A stretch of 64,000 bases of DNA from Reclinomonas americana ATCC 50394 (lineage: Eukaryota): positions 1-64,000 of the forward strand of contig PS015126.1 in the NCBI GenBank assembly GCA_048213135.1. Direction: 5' to 3'. Shown one piece after another: positions 62,401-64,000 of the stretch (positions are counted from its first letter, which is position 1; each line of letters begins with the position of its first letter). The notes under the pieces were generated by a model that did not search any database, had not been told where the DNA came from, and was given only the letters and a program-made list of their open reading frames with translations. The translations under genes were made by a program, and so were the position numbers.

Positions 62401-64000
62401 TCCAGCCACGGTCGACTCTGACAGAGAGCTTGTCTGCATATACGTGGACGGGGGGGTCGTCAGCGAGGAACAATCTTGAAAGAAGAGATGAGTAAGCACG
62501 ACAAACCGCTGGGCTGCAACCCGAGGAGCAAGTGACATGGAACTGGGTGTTGTCCAGTGTCGACATAAATTGACCAAAGACATCCGTAGCGTTCACCTGT
62601 ATCACGCGTGGCTTCTGTGGCGATGGATACAGCACATCACTGGTCGAGTCCATCATCACAGAGTACAGCGCTGCAGCAGAGCATGATGAGCCTTCAAAAG
62701 ACAGGTAAACATATTTGTGCTCATCGCATTCAACGCAACTGCTGCCAACATCATTCGCCAGCAAGTTGCTGGCCAGGTTACCAGTGACGCTTAATTGCCG
62801 CTGTTGCATCCACGACGACCATCCGCCAGCAGCAGCGAAGGACTGCGACACAGCGGCAAGCGTTGACGGCTTGCCACCACCGTTCCAAAAGATGCCGCCA
62901 CCGGCTCCTTCGCCAACCAAGCGGGGTTGACCCAGAGGCGCCACCACTTGATTACCAAACACTGACACACCAAACAGGAGCACACCGACGGAACCCACTG
63001 TCGATTGAGTGATGTTAACGGCCAGACCGCCACCGCGTGCTCCACTCCAGTTGTTAGCAAATGTCGTTGAGATAAACGAAGTCACCGTCGTGTCAGCCAC
63101 AGACGCTCCGCCACCATCACCTCGCTCGGCCGTGTTGCTGACGAAACGAGTATTTGAGCAGCTGAGCATGGAAGAGCCTCCGGTAAAGAGTCCGCCACCA
63201 ACTGTAGTCGCCGTGTTGTTCATCAGCAGCGAGCCAGTGATGTTCACTTGTGGATTGTTGTCCGTGTATACACCACCACCGTTATCAGCCTGATTTCCCT
63301 CCACAGTCACTGCCGTCATTGCCACTTGCGCAGTCTCCGCTGCCGACACGCCACCACCACCACCACCATTGACACGATTGGCGAGCAGTCGAGATCCCCG
63401 TAGCGTGGTGCTTGAACTGCCAGCAGCATACAAAGCACCGCCCCACAATTGTGCCAGGCCGGCACTCAGCGTGCTGCCCGTATCCATCCACATTCCCAGT
63501 CCCTGTGAAGTCACATGACCGCCGGAAGTGGCAGCTGTGTTGCTCTGGAACTGGGTTGTGGACGATGTGACATTGGCCGTCTGGGACACGTACATGGCGC
63601 CTCCGGCCAGGGTGGCATTGTTGGCCAACATGATGCAGTTGGCGAGGCTGATCTGCGACACGCCGTCCGCATACACGCCACCACCATCTGCCGTTGCCTG
63701 ATTGCCGCTGATTGTAGTGCCAGTCAACGTGTGCTTGCTGTTCTGGTCAGTGAACATGCCACTACCGAATGGGGCAATGTTGCCAACAATTAACGCATTC
63801 GACCAAGACGACGAGGACCGCAGGTCGGCAAACATTCCACCACCGAAATGAAGCGCGTTGTTGTTGTGCACACTAGAGCCACTCAACACGGCAAGCGTGG
63901 CGGTAGCCGTGAGAAACAACCCACCACCGCTCTGCACAGCTTGATTCCTGTTCACCACAGATTGTGATTGAATCTGCAAGTTTGCCTGCTCGGCACGCAC
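59415..64000 (-). CDS. Pmp/pectin-lyase-like beta-helix (GGG/GGA..N repeats) + Cys-rich linker + multi-pass TM domain protein; 5' end outside window
   Basis: Repeated N.A...GGG(L/V)(F/Y) motifs; CP.GY..CQQCPPGEY...C.PCP..A.C.GG..FW; CP..YC..C...R...LCGAC; TM region with FFTC, C.EG, LYHHFR...W, RRLI, AYEH..YN.LE. Confidence 0.8.

Overview
Gene-dense, intron-rich eukaryotic (protist-like) draft genomic DNA with many N-gaps and GA/CT microsatellites; standard genetic code fits every gene. Genes reconstructed by hand: HemK/PrmC-like methyltransferase (+), RFWD3-like RING-WD40 (-), a tandem pair of ~7.8 kb secreted Fn3/NHL/cadherin/PAN genes (+), DUF1475-like membrane protein (+), DRG GTPase (-), inositol polyphosphate kinase (-), Rab18 (+), Elp5-like (+), ABCG half-transporter (-), a small secreted Cys-rich protein (-), a secreted Ser/Thr-rich protein with H-lectin/gp53-like repeats (+), an NLR-like (Ubl)-HEPN-NACHT-pentapeptide-14xWD40 protein (+) and a Pmp-repeat multi-pass membrane protein (-, partial). 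The most striking signal is a near rule-like second class of 5' splice site. Exons ending in G use ordinary GTGAG/GTGCG/GTACG/GTTCG donors, while exons ending in A/C/T almost always use the same motif with one extra T (GTTGCG/GTTGAG/GTTACG/GTTTCG), i.e. a +1-shifted donor register. Other highlights: an HEPN-effector STAND immune receptor candidate, NHL propellers inserted inside Fn3-like domains, an 8-nt microexon, very short co-directional intergenic spacers, and a head-to-head pair of ~95-nt candidate structured RNAs. All exon boundaries are inferred from reading frame and family motifs, without transcript data.
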